A stretch of 64,000 bases of DNA from Planctomycetota bacterium (lineage in GTDB: Bacteria > Planctomycetota > UBA1135 > UBA2386): positions 5,952,001 through 6,016,000 of the forward strand of contig OZ245006.1 of assembly GCA_965223545.1 (NCBI GenBank). Reading direction: 5' to 3'. The notes beneath the pieces are model-generated. The model was not told where the DNA came from. It searched no databases and saw only the letters and a program-made list of their open reading frames with translations. Shown here in pieces: positions 28,833 to 38,001 of this stretch; position 1 is the first letter of the stretch; every line of letters starts with the position of its first letter. Both the position numbers and the translations under genes were made by a program.

Positions 28833-31415
28833 ATGACCGAGACCTCTCCTCGGGCGGCGTCCCGGCGGCTGCGATTGCTCACCATCCTCGCGATGCCGCT
28901 CCTGCTGGTCGGCAGCGCGCTCTGGCTGCTGCGCGCGCCCTCGACGCCCGCCCCCCTGGGTGAGGTCGGCTCCGTCGACCCCGGCGTGGCGGCGGCGACC
29001 GTGTTGCAGGCGGAAGGCGCGGCCGGTGCCGGGGCCACGCCCGGGCCGGGCGCGGACGAGCCTGCGCCGGGCCGGCGGGCGGTGCCCGAAGCGGTCGCCT
29101 CCGGTCGGCCGCCGACCATCACCGGCGTGTGCGTGGACGAATCCGGCGCCGCCCTCGTCGACGCGCAGGTCCGGCTGACGGCGGTGAGTCCCGTGGATGC
29201 CGTCGTGCCCGCGCCGCGGCGCGTCGATGCCGGCGGGGCGTTCTCGATCGAGGTCCAACCTGCGACGCTGTATCGCATCGAAGTGACGGCGCCGCAACGG
29301 GTGCCGCTGGTCGGGAGCTCCGGCAAGCTGGACCCCGGCCGCGTGCTCGCCCTGGGCACGGTCGCGCTGCACCGCGGACGGATCGGGCGAGTCGCCGTCG
29401 TCGGCGAGGACGGCAGCATGCAGCCGGGAGTCATCCTGGAGATCGCCGACCGTCGAAGGCGCCTCCTGCAGCATCGGCTGCGACCGGAGTCGGTGCACCG
29501 CGCGGCGACCGATGCCGCCGGGGTGGCGTACTTCGACGTGCCGGTCCGACCGAGCAGCTGGCACCTGCGGATGTACTCCCACAAGCCCAAGGGCTCGACC
29601 GAGTTCGACATCGAGGATCAGCCCGGTCCGTTCACGCACGAAGTGATGGTCGAGGCACGGGCCGCGAGTCGCATCTACGGCCGCGTCATCGATGGTCGAG
29701 GCGCACCGCTGCGCGCCCGCGTCCTGGCGTTTCGCGACGGCGCGCCCGCGCTCGCGTTCGCCGACAGTACCGAGGAGGGTCGTTTCGAGATCCGCCGTCC
29801 CGCCGGCGACGACGTGGAGGACCCGGTGCGGCTGCGCGTCGAGGTGCGGGGCACGGTGCGGTTGGAGACCCAGCGGGCGTGGAAATGGGGCAGCGAAGTG
29901 CAGCTGACCGCGTCGCTGGCGACCGCGCTCGAGGTCGCCGTGGTCGACACCGAGCTGCGACCCGTGCGCAGGTTCTCGCTGTACGTGTTCCCGCCCCGCA
30001 GCCGTGAGTTCAAACAACTCCGGGCGCGGAGCAGTGGAGCGCACCCGGACGGAGTCGCCCGCGTCGGCGACATCGACCGCGGTCCCAATGTCCTGTTGGT
30101 GCGGGCCGAGGACCGTGGATTGGTGCAAGACGGTCTGCCACGCGTCGCCGCCGCGATGGGGCAGCGCGTGCGGGTGCAGCTGGACCGCGCGGTCGAGCGC
30201 CGCGTGCGAGTGGTGGATTCGAGCGGCAGGCCGGTGGCGGGGGCGAGCGTCGAGCTGATCCTGCCGCTCGACGAGCGACCGATCGGTCCGGCGACGCCGG
30301 CCAGCGATCTGTTCAGGCTGTACACGTTGCCCGAGCGGGCGGCGCTGTTGCACGACACCGCGATCACCAGTCCGCGCGGCCGGGCGACGGTGGCCGGTCA
30401 CCCGCGCACCGAGTACGCCCTGCGCGTCACTGCTCCGGACTACGTTCCGTTTCAGCGTCCCATCGTGTTGGCGACCTTGCCGCTCGACGCCGAGCTGGTC
30501 TTGAGTCGCGGGGCGCGCATCGAGGGGCGCTTGGGACCGGCGAGAGCGGTCGAGCTCTTGGCGCGGCTGCGCGGAGTTCAGGCGCGGGCCAAGCCGCGGC
30601 TCTCGCCCGATTCCGGCCGGGTCGAGCGTGCGGGGGTCGAGCTGACGTTGACTGGCGCGAGTCCGGGGGGCGAGCGCCGGCTGTTCTCCGTCAGCGGCAT
30701 GGGCAACGACGGGGTGTTCGCCTTTGCCAATGTGCCGCCCGGCGAATGGGGTGTCGAGCTGTCCTGGCGGCAGAATGTCTTGGGGCAGACTTCGGTTGCG
30801 CGACAGCGGCGCGTGCTCGGCATGCTCGGTGTCGCTGGTGGCGGGTCGGTCGTCCACGTGGCGTACGACCTCTTCGATCTGCCACTTGGCGAGCTGCGTG
30901 GCCGGGTCGAGCACAACGGTGAACCGTTCAGCGGTTGGCTCGTGCTGCGCCCGGCCGACGCCGACCCGGACCAACCAGGCCCCCGCCTTTCGGTGCGCAA
31001 GGGCGACGTCTCGAGTGTGGTGGGCGCCGGCCGTTGGGCGATCTCGGCCGCAGTGCGCGAACGCGTCAAGACGGAGTTGCGGTTCGAGTTCGAGTCACCG
31101 CTTGATCTGGAGACCGTCGTCGAGGTGGCGCCCCTGGGCGCGGCCACCCTCGACCTCCGCTTCGGCGACGGGGTGCTGCGCGGCACGGTCGCGCGTGCCG
31201 ATGGCGCTCCCGCGGCAGGACACGTCCTCGTGGCCCGCGTCCCCGACGGCCCATCGCTGAAGGTCACCATCAACAAGAACGGTTCCCTACGACACCGTCT
31301 CCTGCCAGGCACCTACACCGCCACTCTCCGCGCCAGCGACGACCCCGACGCCGAGCCCATCGACCTCGGCACCTTCAGAATCTCCCCCGCCCGCACCACC
31401 GAAGTCCGCTGGTGA
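28833..31415 (+). CDS. Membrane-anchored protein of repeated carboxypeptidase-regulatory-like domains, no sigma domain
   Basis: ATG 28833, N-terminal hydrophobic helix, repeated GxxVDxxGxP modules; the upstream part of the supplied ORF is an alkA shadow. Confidence 0.78.
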   Translation: MTETSPRAASRRLRLLTILAMPLLLVGSALWLLRAPSTPAPLGEVGSVDPGVAAATVLQAEGAAGAGATPGPGADEPAPGRRAVPEAVASGRPPTITGVCVDESGAALVDAQVRLTAVSPVDAVVPAPRRVDAGGAFSIEVQPATLYRIEVTAPQRVPLVGSSGKLDPGRVLALGTVALHRGRIGRVAVVGEDGSMQPGVILEIADRRRRLLQHRLRPESVHRAATDAAGVAYFDVPVRPSSWHLRMYSHKPKGSTEFDIEDQPGPFTHEVMVEARAASRIYGRVIDGRGAPLRARVLAFRDGAPALAFADSTEEGRFEIRRPAGDDVEDPVRLRVEVRGTVRLETQRAWKWGSEVQLTASLATALEVAVVDTELRPVRRFSLYVFPPRSREFKQLRARSSGAHPDGVARVGDIDRGPNVLLVRAEDRGLVQDGLPRVAAAMGQRVRVQLDRAVERRVRVVDSSGRPVAGASVELILPLDERPIGPATPASDLFRLYTLPERAALLHDTAITSPRGRATVAGHPRTEYALRVTAPDYVPFQRPIVLATLPLDAELVLSRGARIEGRLGPARAVELLARLRGVQARAKPRLSPDSGRVERAGVELTLTGASPGGERRLFSVSGMGNDGVFAFANVPPGEWGVELSWRQNVLGQTSVARQRRVLGMLGVAGGGSVVHVAYDLFDLPLGELRGRVEHNGEPFSGWLVLRPADADPDQPGPRLSVRKGDVSSVVGAGRWAISAAVRERVKTELRFEFESPLDLETVVEVAPLGAATLDLRFGDGVLRGTVARADGAPAAGHVLVARVPDGPSLKVTINKNGSLRHRLLPGTYTATLRASDDPDAEPIDLGTFRISPARTTEVRW

Positions 31416-31441
31416 GTACGGAGCCTGGCTCCGTTCCATCA
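31416..31441 (+). repeat. REP-like palindromic repeat, left copy
   Basis: GTACGGAGCCTGGCTCCGTTCCATCA containing the hairpin ACGGAGCC-T-GGCTCCGT; 23/26 identical to the reverse complement of 34604-34629. Confidence 0.75.
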
Positions 31442-31457
31442 TCCACCACCCCACTCC

Positions 31458-34400
31458 TCACCGCAGGTCGATGACGAACGCCTGCGCCGCGCCCTCCCGG
31501 GCGACCTCGATCTCGACTTCGTTCTCGCCACCACCGAACTCCATGGCGTGCACCCGGTAGGTTCCGGGCGGAAGCGCGAGTCGCAGCCGCTCGATGCGCT
31601 GTTCGGGGTCGTCGAAGTAGGGCCACAGGCGGTGGAACACGATGCGTTCGCCGTCGCCGTCGTGGATCGTGAGCACGCCGTTGAGCATGTCGTTCGCGCC
31701 CTCGGCGGGCGCCTTGCAACGCAGCTCGAGCGTGATGGGGACGGCGGTGTCCGCGACGATCTCGATGGCGCGCTCTTCACCGGGTGCGAGCGTCACCGGG
31801 ACCTGGCATGGAACCGCGTCTTCCGCCAAGAAACGGACCACGTAAGGGCCTGGGTCGAGGCCGTCCACGCGGTAGCTCCCGTCGATCTCGTCCGGTTGGA
31901 GGTTCTCGGCTCCCGGGTTCACATCGCCGGGGTGGCCGACCCGGACGACGGCGCCCCGTGGCGGCGCGCCCCCCGCACCGCGCACCCGAATGAGCAGTGA
32001 ACCGGTCGCGGCCAGGACTACGTCGCCGAGATCGCGCACTTCGTCGGCGCCGAGCTCGCTGTGGTGGAAGGACGATGCCAAGCCCTCTTGTTGCGCCGTC
32101 GCACTCACGCTGAAAGAACCGGCCGGAAGCCGGCCGGAGTCGAACCGTCCCTCGCGGTCGAGGCGAAGCGGGCGCACGAACGGGGCGCCCGCCTGCATCA
32201 GGGTGACCTTCGCGGTGGTGACCGGTCTGGCGTTGCCGTCGACGACCCGCCCGCGCAGCCTCGCCGCCGGCAGCGCGTCGAGCTGGATGTGCACCGGCTC
32301 ACCCGGAACGATGCCCTGTCGCACGGCAGCGCTCACCGCGACGTCGTCGACCAGCACGCGCACCTCGTGGGGGACGGGTGGCAGATCGCGGAACGCGCAC
32401 CACCCGCCCGCGTCGGTTGCGCCAGTGCTCTGGTGCTGCGAGTTCCCCGACGGATCGGCGCGCCGCAGCTCGATCCGCCAGCCGGAGAGCGGCGCGCCGG
32501 CGGGGCCGCGGAGCTCCACCTCGAGGGTGGAGCCCGCTTCCAGCACCGGATCCCAGCGCAGCTCTTGGCCCGGCTGCGGCTCGACTTCGGTATCGGTGCT
32601 CAGGCCACCGCGCTGCGCGCTCACGCCGTGCCGCCGGGGAAGCAGGCCGGCCAGCGCGTAGCGACCGTCCTGGTCCGACGTGGTGCTGGGCTGGCTGAAG
32701 GGCCCCAGCCCGGTCTCGCCGTGCATCCAGGCGCCGACGCGTGCGCCGCCCACCGGGGTGCCGTCGGGCCGGCGCACGACGCCGCGAAGCGTCGCGCCTT
32801 CGCCCAGCTGCAGGGTGACCCGTTGCTGCGCGTGCGGGTGCAACGTCACCCATCGCGCGCTCGCCCGACTGCGCTCGCCGTCGGCGGGCATGGCGCCGAC
32901 GAACAGCCCACCGGGCGGCAGCCAATCCGCCGCGAACACGCCGCTTCCGTCGGCGACCAGGTCGTGCAGCTCGCGCTGCACGAAGGGAGACTCGGCACCC
33001 TTGTCGACGCCCAGCCAGACACGTGCGTGCGCCACCCCCTGGCCGTCCTCGCCCACGACGCGGCCGGCGAGCCGCGCAGCGCTGCCGGCGCCGCCGGTGA
33101 CCAAGCGCACGTCGGCCGTGCCGCTGCGCTCTGGCAACGCGTGCCGGCGGCTCGGAGTGCGCCCGGACGCCCGCGCCCAGAGGTGTAGGTTGCCGCGCAG
33201 CCCCTCCGCGGTGAACGTGCCGTCGGCACCGCTGCGGGCCAAGCAATACGATCGGTTGCCGTTCGCCATGGCGCGGACCTCGGCCGCCACCGGTCCTCCG
33301 CTCGCATCGACCACGCGGCCGCGGATCTGCCAGCCGCCGCCGATCTCGATGCGGATCTCCTCGACCGCGCCGGCGCGGGCCGAGAACGGCCGCCGTTCGC
33401 CGCAACTCGGCAGCTCGCACACGTAGTCGCCCGGCGCGAGGTCGGCGACCGTGAACGGCGTGTGCTCCGGGGTCCACCCCTGCGCGACGACGGCTCCGTC
33501 GAGATCCTCGCGGGCCACCGTGATCCAGAACGGCAGTCCCCGCGCCGCGCGACCGTCGCGCAGCACCTCGACGCGCACCGCTCCGGTCGGGGCAGCGACC
33601 GGCGTCGGTGTCGGGATCGGTTCGCGGCGAGGTTGGGGGGTGGCGGAAACGTCTCGCGCCGCGGCCGCCGGTGTGTCTGGGCCCATGGCAACCCGCGCCG
33701 GAGCGCGTTCGGCTGCCGTGGGATCGATCGCCGCGTCGGCGGAGAACCAGCCACCGGCCCAAGCGCCCGCGCCGACGGCGAGCGCCAGCGCGGCGCCGAC
33801 CAAGAGCTTCTTCGACATCATCATCACTCCAATCCCCGCGGTCAGCCCGGCGGACGCGACGGCCATCGGCTGCGGCGCGCGCGCCAGCACGCGTGCGCGC
33901 AAGGCCGCGAGCCGAGCGCCGTCCGGCACCAGGACCGCGAGCCCCGGCGCGAGTCCCGCCGGCAAGCGCCGGCGCAGGCGGTCGAGGCCCCGCGCGATCT
34001 GGTTGCGCACCGTGCTGGCGGAGCGGCCGTGCGCGCGCGCGATCTCCGCCGCGCCGAGGTCGTGCCGCAAGTGCAGAATGAGCACGTGCCGGTAGGGCTC
34101 CGGCAGCGCGTCCAGGACGGCATCGCACCGCGCCAGCAGCTCGCGCCCCGCGACCACGTCGCCGACGTCCCCGCCGGTGGCCTCGGCAGTCACCGGTGCT
34201 CCGCCGCGGCGTTCGGCTCGGTTTTGCTGGCGCAGATGGTTGGCCAGGATCGCCAGCAGCCATGGCACCACCCGGCGGGCCGGGTCGTACTCGTGCGCCT
34301 TCTCGATCGCCGTCAAGAACGTGCTCTGCAGCGCGTCTTCCGCGCGGTGTGGATCGCGCGTCAGATGCAACGCGACCCGCATCAGCTCGGGCGCCGTCCG

Positions 34401-34478
34401 GTCGAACACGACCGCCAGCGCCCGGGCATCCCCCGTGGCCTGGAAGCGGCGGAACCAGCGGTCGGCGCGGAGCCCCAT
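31458..34478 (-). CDS. ECF sigma-70 factor fused to a membrane segment and carboxypeptidase-regulatory-like repeats (paralog of 16762-19911)
   Basis: VFDRTAPEL, RAEDALQSTFLTAIEK, LPEPYRHVLILHL, TVRNQIARG; hydrophobic segment after MMMSKK; repeated GRVVDxxGxPV modules. Confidence 0.88.
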   Translation of the reverse strand: MGLRADRWFRRFQATGDARALAVVFDRTAPELMRVALHLTRDPHRAEDALQSTFLTAIEKAHEYDPARRVVPWLLAILANHLRQQNRAERRGGAPVTAEATGGDVGDVVAGRELLARCDAVLDALPEPYRHVLILHLRHDLGAAEIARAHGRSASTVRNQIARGLDRLRRRLPAGLAPGLAVLVPDGARLAALRARVLARAPQPMAVASAGLTAGIGVMMMSKKLLVGAALALAVGAGAWAGGWFSADAAIDPTAAERAPARVAMGPDTPAAAARDVSATPQPRREPIPTPTPVAAPTGAVRVEVLRDGRAARGLPFWITVAREDLDGAVVAQGWTPEHTPFTVADLAPGDYVCELPSCGERRPFSARAGAVEEIRIEIGGGWQIRGRVVDASGGPVAAEVRAMANGNRSYCLARSGADGTFTAEGLRGNLHLWARASGRTPSRRHALPERSGTADVRLVTGGAGSAARLAGRVVGEDGQGVAHARVWLGVDKGAESPFVQRELHDLVADGSGVFAADWLPPGGLFVGAMPADGERSRASARWVTLHPHAQQRVTLQLGEGATLRGVVRRPDGTPVGGARVGAWMHGETGLGPFSQPSTTSDQDGRYALAGLLPRRHGVSAQRGGLSTDTEVEPQPGQELRWDPVLEAGSTLEVELRGPAGAPLSGWRIELRRADPSGNSQHQSTGATDAGGWCAFRDLPPVPHEVRVLVDDVAVSAAVRQGIVPGEPVHIQLDALPAARLRGRVVDGNARPVTTAKVTLMQAGAPFVRPLRLDREGRFDSGRLPAGSFSVSATAQQEGLASSFHHSELGADEVRDLGDVVLAATGSLLIRVRGAGGAPPRGAVVRVGHPGDVNPGAENLQPDEIDGSYRVDGLDPGPYVVRFLAEDAVPCQVPVTLAPGEERAIEIVADTAVPITLELRCKAPAEGANDMLNGVLTIHDGDGERIVFHRLWPYFDDPEQRIERLRLALPPGTYRVHAMEFGGGENEVEIEVAREGAAQAFVIDLR

Positions 34479-34486
34479 CGCCCGTC

Positions 34487-34514
34487 CTATGCGTGCACCC
34501 CCACCTCCGTCGCA
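34487..34514 (-). promoter_or_regulatory. Putative autoregulatory ECF promoter TGCGAC-N15-CGCATAG
   Basis: Matches 16724-16751 in the 3' box and spacing; 8 nt before ATG 34478. Confidence 0.6.
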
Positions 34515-34581
34515 ACGTTCGAAGCCCGGCTCGCTTCTTTTTTGCGCGCGAGGCGGGGGGCGAAGGCGCCGCGTAAGGGCA

Positions 34582-35583
34582 TCAGTGAGAGGCCGGCGTC
34601 TCGTGATGAATCGGAGCCTGGCTCCGTACGTTCGCGGTGACTTCGAGGTGCTCGAGGGTGCGGTCGGGGGTCAGGGTGACGGTGGTGTGGGCCGGGAGGA
34701 AGACGGCGTCGCCGGTCGCGATCGTGTGGCGTGTCTCGCCGAGGTCCAGGGTGGCGTGGCCCGCGCGGACGAACCAGAACGTGTCGGTCTCGGTGGTGAG
34801 GGGGGCTGGGGGCGCGGGGTTCGGGCAGCGCACGAGGTGCGCGGCGGCGAGTCCGCCGGTGGCGGCGCCGATGCCGGTGTCGACGGCCTCGAAACCCGCG
34901 AGCGGCCAGGCGACCGCCGGGGCCGCGGCCGCTGCGACGTGGTGGACGAACCGTTGGCCATCGTAGGTGCGCGCCTCGTCCGGCGCGGCCTCCGGCAGCG
35001 TGCACGCCGCGTCGAACCAAGTCTCGTGCTCCGCCGGACAGGCGATCTCGACGACCTCCAGCGGGCCGCCGGACTCGAGCACACGGTGGCGGATCTCCGG
35101 CGGCTGCAGCACGGTGTCGCCCGGCCGCATCTCGATCGGCGCGCGCCGGCCCTCGTACGCGACGCGCACCCAACCCCGCAGGCAGTGGATCAGCTGGAGC
35201 TGCACGTGGTGGTAGTGCACGGCGTCGTCGACCGGACCCTCGTCCGGCACGCGAATGTGCGAGGCGATCCACTGTCCACCGGCGCGATCGGGCAGCAGGT
35301 CGCGGTAGAGCATGCCGGCCCGGCCAGGGTGGAACGCGGGCCCCGCGCCGGCGGAGGTGATCCGCACCCCCGACTGCGCCGCCGGCGCGGCCGCGGCCGG
35401 CAGTCCGGCCTCGATCGGCTGCAGACGCACGCGCGTGCCGTCCGCCGCCAGCAGCGCCACGCGCGGCGCGTCGGCGGGGAAGATGGCCTCGAGCCGAAAG
35501 CCCAGCGACCGAAAGTAGCGCAGCGTCGGCTCGAGCGGCGTGCACGAGATGACGACGTCGGCGTCGTGGTCAGCCGCCGACAC
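34582..35583 (-). CDS. Cupin domain protein with a glyoxalase-like N-terminus
   Basis: GRAGMLYRDLLP, VHYHHVQLQLIHCLRGWV, PGDTVLQPPEIRHRV; second cupin-like unit FWFVRAG..GDAVFLP. Confidence 0.8.
   Translation of the reverse strand: MSAADHDADVVISCTPLEPTLRYFRSLGFRLEAIFPADAPRVALLAADGTRVRLQPIEAGLPAAAAPAAQSGVRITSAGAGPAFHPGRAGMLYRDLLPDRAGGQWIASHIRVPDEGPVDDAVHYHHVQLQLIHCLRGWVRVAYEGRRAPIEMRPGDTVLQPPEIRHRVLESGGPLEVVEIACPAEHETWFDAACTLPEAAPDEARTYDGQRFVHHVAAAAAPAVAWPLAGFEAVDTGIGAATGGLAAAHLVRCPNPAPPAPLTTETDTFWFVRAGHATLDLGETRHTIATGDAVFLPAHTTVTLTPDRTLEHLEVTANVRSQAPIHHETPASH
34604..34629 (-). repeat. REP-like palindromic repeat, right copy (inverted)
   Basis: Minus strand GTACGGAGCCAGGCTCCGATTCATCA; lies inside the 3' end of the cupin gene. 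Confidence 0.75.
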
Positions 35584-36421
35584 GCGCAGAGGATCCTCTC
35601 GCGCCGGTTGCGCGCAGCGCTGCCAGCGCCGCTTGGCGCACCATCCAATGCGCGGCGTAGGTCGGGTGCAGATCGTCCCAGAACAGATGCGTGTTGGGCT
35701 GCGCGACGACGACGCCGCTCGGCGCCAGCGCCGGCTGGGTCACGTTGGAAAGTTCGAACTGGCCCGGGGCTTGGATCAACTGGTCGAGCAGGGCGAACGC
35801 GTCGACGCGCGCGATCCGAATCGGCAGCTGCGCCTCGAGCTGGGCCAAGACCTGGGCCAGCGCGTTGTTGTAGCTGATGCACAGCGAGCGCGCGGCGCGC
35901 GCCGCGGTCGCGCCGCCGGCCGCCACTCGCGGAGTGGCTCCCAAGTCGGGCAGGTTGGGCACGACGAAGTGGCGCGCACCGCGCACCGAGAGGTTCGCGA
36001 TCGCCGTTGCCACGTTGGTCATCGCGTTCTGCAGGGCCGCCTGCGCCGAGCTGGCGCCAGCGAGCACGGGGAACAGGTCGTTGGCGCCGACCCACAGCGC
36101 GACCAGCGCATCGCCGGGGATCGCGCGGCGCGACGCCAGCAGCGTGTTGACCTGGCCGAGCACGTTGTTGGAAGTCGAGCCGCCGACCGCGAAGTTGTGG
36201 TGCCGGTCGATCTGCAGGTGCCACGCCAGCTGGTCGACCCAAACGGGGCCATTCGAGAAGCGCCCCTGGTAGTACGGGGGCGCGGGTTGACCGGTCGCCG
36301 CGAACAAGTTGCCGGTGTCGGTCAAGCTGTCGCCGAACGCGAAGATTTCGGTGAACGACAGCTGAGCCGGAGCGGTGCCGGTGATCGCGCTCAGCACCAG
36401 CAGGGTTGTCGAGAGGCGCAA
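35570..36421 (-). CDS. Secreted SGNH/GDSL lipase-esterase
   Basis: TTG start at 36421 after a GAAGGAG RBS; FGDSLTDTGN, GRFSNGPVW, NFAVGG, GAND, FWDDLHPT. Confidence 0.9.
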   Translation of the reverse strand: MRLSTTLLVLSAITGTAPAQLSFTEIFAFGDSLTDTGNLFAATGQPAPPYYQGRFSNGPVWVDQLAWHLQIDRHHNFAVGGSTSNNVLGQVNTLLASRRAIPGDALVALWVGANDLFPVLAGASSAQAALQNAMTNVATAIANLSVRGARHFVVPNLPDLGATPRVAAGGATAARAARSLCISYNNALAQVLAQLEAQLPIRIARVDAFALLDQLIQAPGQFELSNVTQPALAPSGVVVAQPNTHLFWDDLHPTYAAHWMVRQAALAALRATGARGSSARVGG

Positions 36422-36540
36422 GTTGGCTCCTTCGGTGTTCTGGGGTTGCCGCCATGGTAGCGCGGTGCCGCTCCATCGCGCACCGCCGGTGGCGGTCGTG
36501 CGGTTGTCGGCGACCGGCGGCCGAGTAAGGTTGCGTGCCG

Positions 36541-37977
36541 ATGGGCACTGCACCCCGGATTCTCGTCGCCGGCGGCCTCTTGCTCGCCGGCGGAGTGCTC
36601 GGTTTCGCGCTGGGGTCCGCGCACGGCGTCGGTGGGGCGCGACCAGACTCTGCGCCGCCGGACTCAGCGTCGCCCGACTCCGGCACACGCCGTGGCAACC
36701 CGACCGTCCCGACCCCGTCGAGCGGCCGCGCCCGCCCGCCCGCCGATCCGGTCCGCGCGGTGATCGACGTGCCCTACACGCGCGGCACCTCGGCGGCCCC
36801 GGAGGTGCAGAGGGTCACGCTGTTCGAGCCCGACGCGGTGCAGCCCGGCGTCAACCTCGTCGTCTCGGGCCACGCGCCGACCGCGCAGCTGGTCGACTTG
36901 AAGGGCAACGTCCTGCACACCTGGCAGACCACGTTCGAAGCGGTCTGGGAGCCCGGCACGCCGACCTACCCGCCCAACACCAGCCGCGACTTCTTCCGCC
37001 GCGCCCTCCTGCTGCCCGACGGCCACCTGCTGGCGATCTTCGAGGGCACGGGCGTGGTGCGCCTCGACCGCGAGTCGCGCGTCGTGTGGACCTATGCCGG
37101 CGGCTGTCACCACGATCTGTGGATCGACACCGACGGCAACATCCACACGTTGGGGCGGCGGTTGCGCGCGGACGTGCCGGACGCGCTGCGCGGCTTTCCG
37201 ACCTACTTGGAAGGACCCTACATGGAGGACACCGCGATCATGCTCTCGCCGGAGGGCGAAGAGCTGCGCGTGCTGACGATCCTCGACGCGGTCGTCTCCT
37301 CCGACTGGGCCAGCTCGGTGATGCTGCTGCCGCGCGCCGGCGACTTTCTCCACCCCAACACCCTCGAGGTGATGGATGGCCGCTTCGCCGACCGCCACCC
37401 CATGTTCGCCGCCGGCAACCTGCTCCTCTGTCTGCGCAACAGCAACACCGTGTGCGTGCTCGATCCGGCGCGCGGCACTCTGGTTTGGGCTCTACAGGGG
37501 TTGTGGGGGCTGCCGCACGAGCCCACCGTGCTCGACAACGGCAACTTGCTCGTCTTCGACAACGTCGTCGCCGACGACGCGTCACGCATCGTCGAGATCG
37601 AGCCGCGCACCCACGAGATCGTCTGGGAGTTTCGCGGCACCCCTGAGCAGCCGTTCTTCAGTGGCGTCTGCGGTTCGGCGCAGCGCCTGCCCAACGGCAA
37701 CACGCTGATCGTCGAGACCACCGGCGGCCGCGCGTTCGAAGTGCAGCCCGATGGGCGCATGGTGTGGGAGTACCTCAACCCGCACCGGACCACTGCCGAG
37801 GACAGCGCGCCACCCGAGTCGGCGGATGACGCGCCGTTGATCGCCAACCTGTTCGACTGCGTGCGGCTGGATCCGGCCCGGTATGTCGATGCTCTGCCCG
37901 CACTCGCACCGTTGATCGATGGCGCTCCGCTCGAGCTCGGACCGGCCGAGCGCCTGTTGCGGGAGGGCAAGCAGTAG
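36541..37977 (+). CDS. Arylsulfotransferase (ASST)-family beta-propeller protein
   Basis: N-terminal anchor; HHD, HPNT, PHEP, LLVFDN, SAQRLPNGNTLI. Confidence 0.82.
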   Translation: MGTAPRILVAGGLLLAGGVLGFALGSAHGVGGARPDSAPPDSASPDSGTRRGNPTVPTPSSGRARPPADPVRAVIDVPYTRGTSAAPEVQRVTLFEPDAVQPGVNLVVSGHAPTAQLVDLKGNVLHTWQTTFEAVWEPGTPTYPPNTSRDFFRRALLLPDGHLLAIFEGTGVVRLDRESRVVWTYAGGCHHDLWIDTDGNIHTLGRRLRADVPDALRGFPTYLEGPYMEDTAIMLSPEGEELRVLTILDAVVSSDWASSVMLLPRAGDFLHPNTLEVMDGRFADRHPMFAAGNLLLCLRNSNTVCVLDPARGTLVWALQGLWGLPHEPTVLDNGNLLVFDNVVADDASRIVEIEPRTHEIVWEFRGTPEQPFFSGVCGSAQRLPNGNTLIVETTGGRAFEVQPDGRMVWEYLNPHRTTAEDSAPPESADDAPLIANLFDCVRLDPARYVDALPALAPLIDGAPLELGPAERLLREGKQ

Positions 37978-38001
37978 CGAGACGCGCCAAGCGCCGGTGC
38001 G

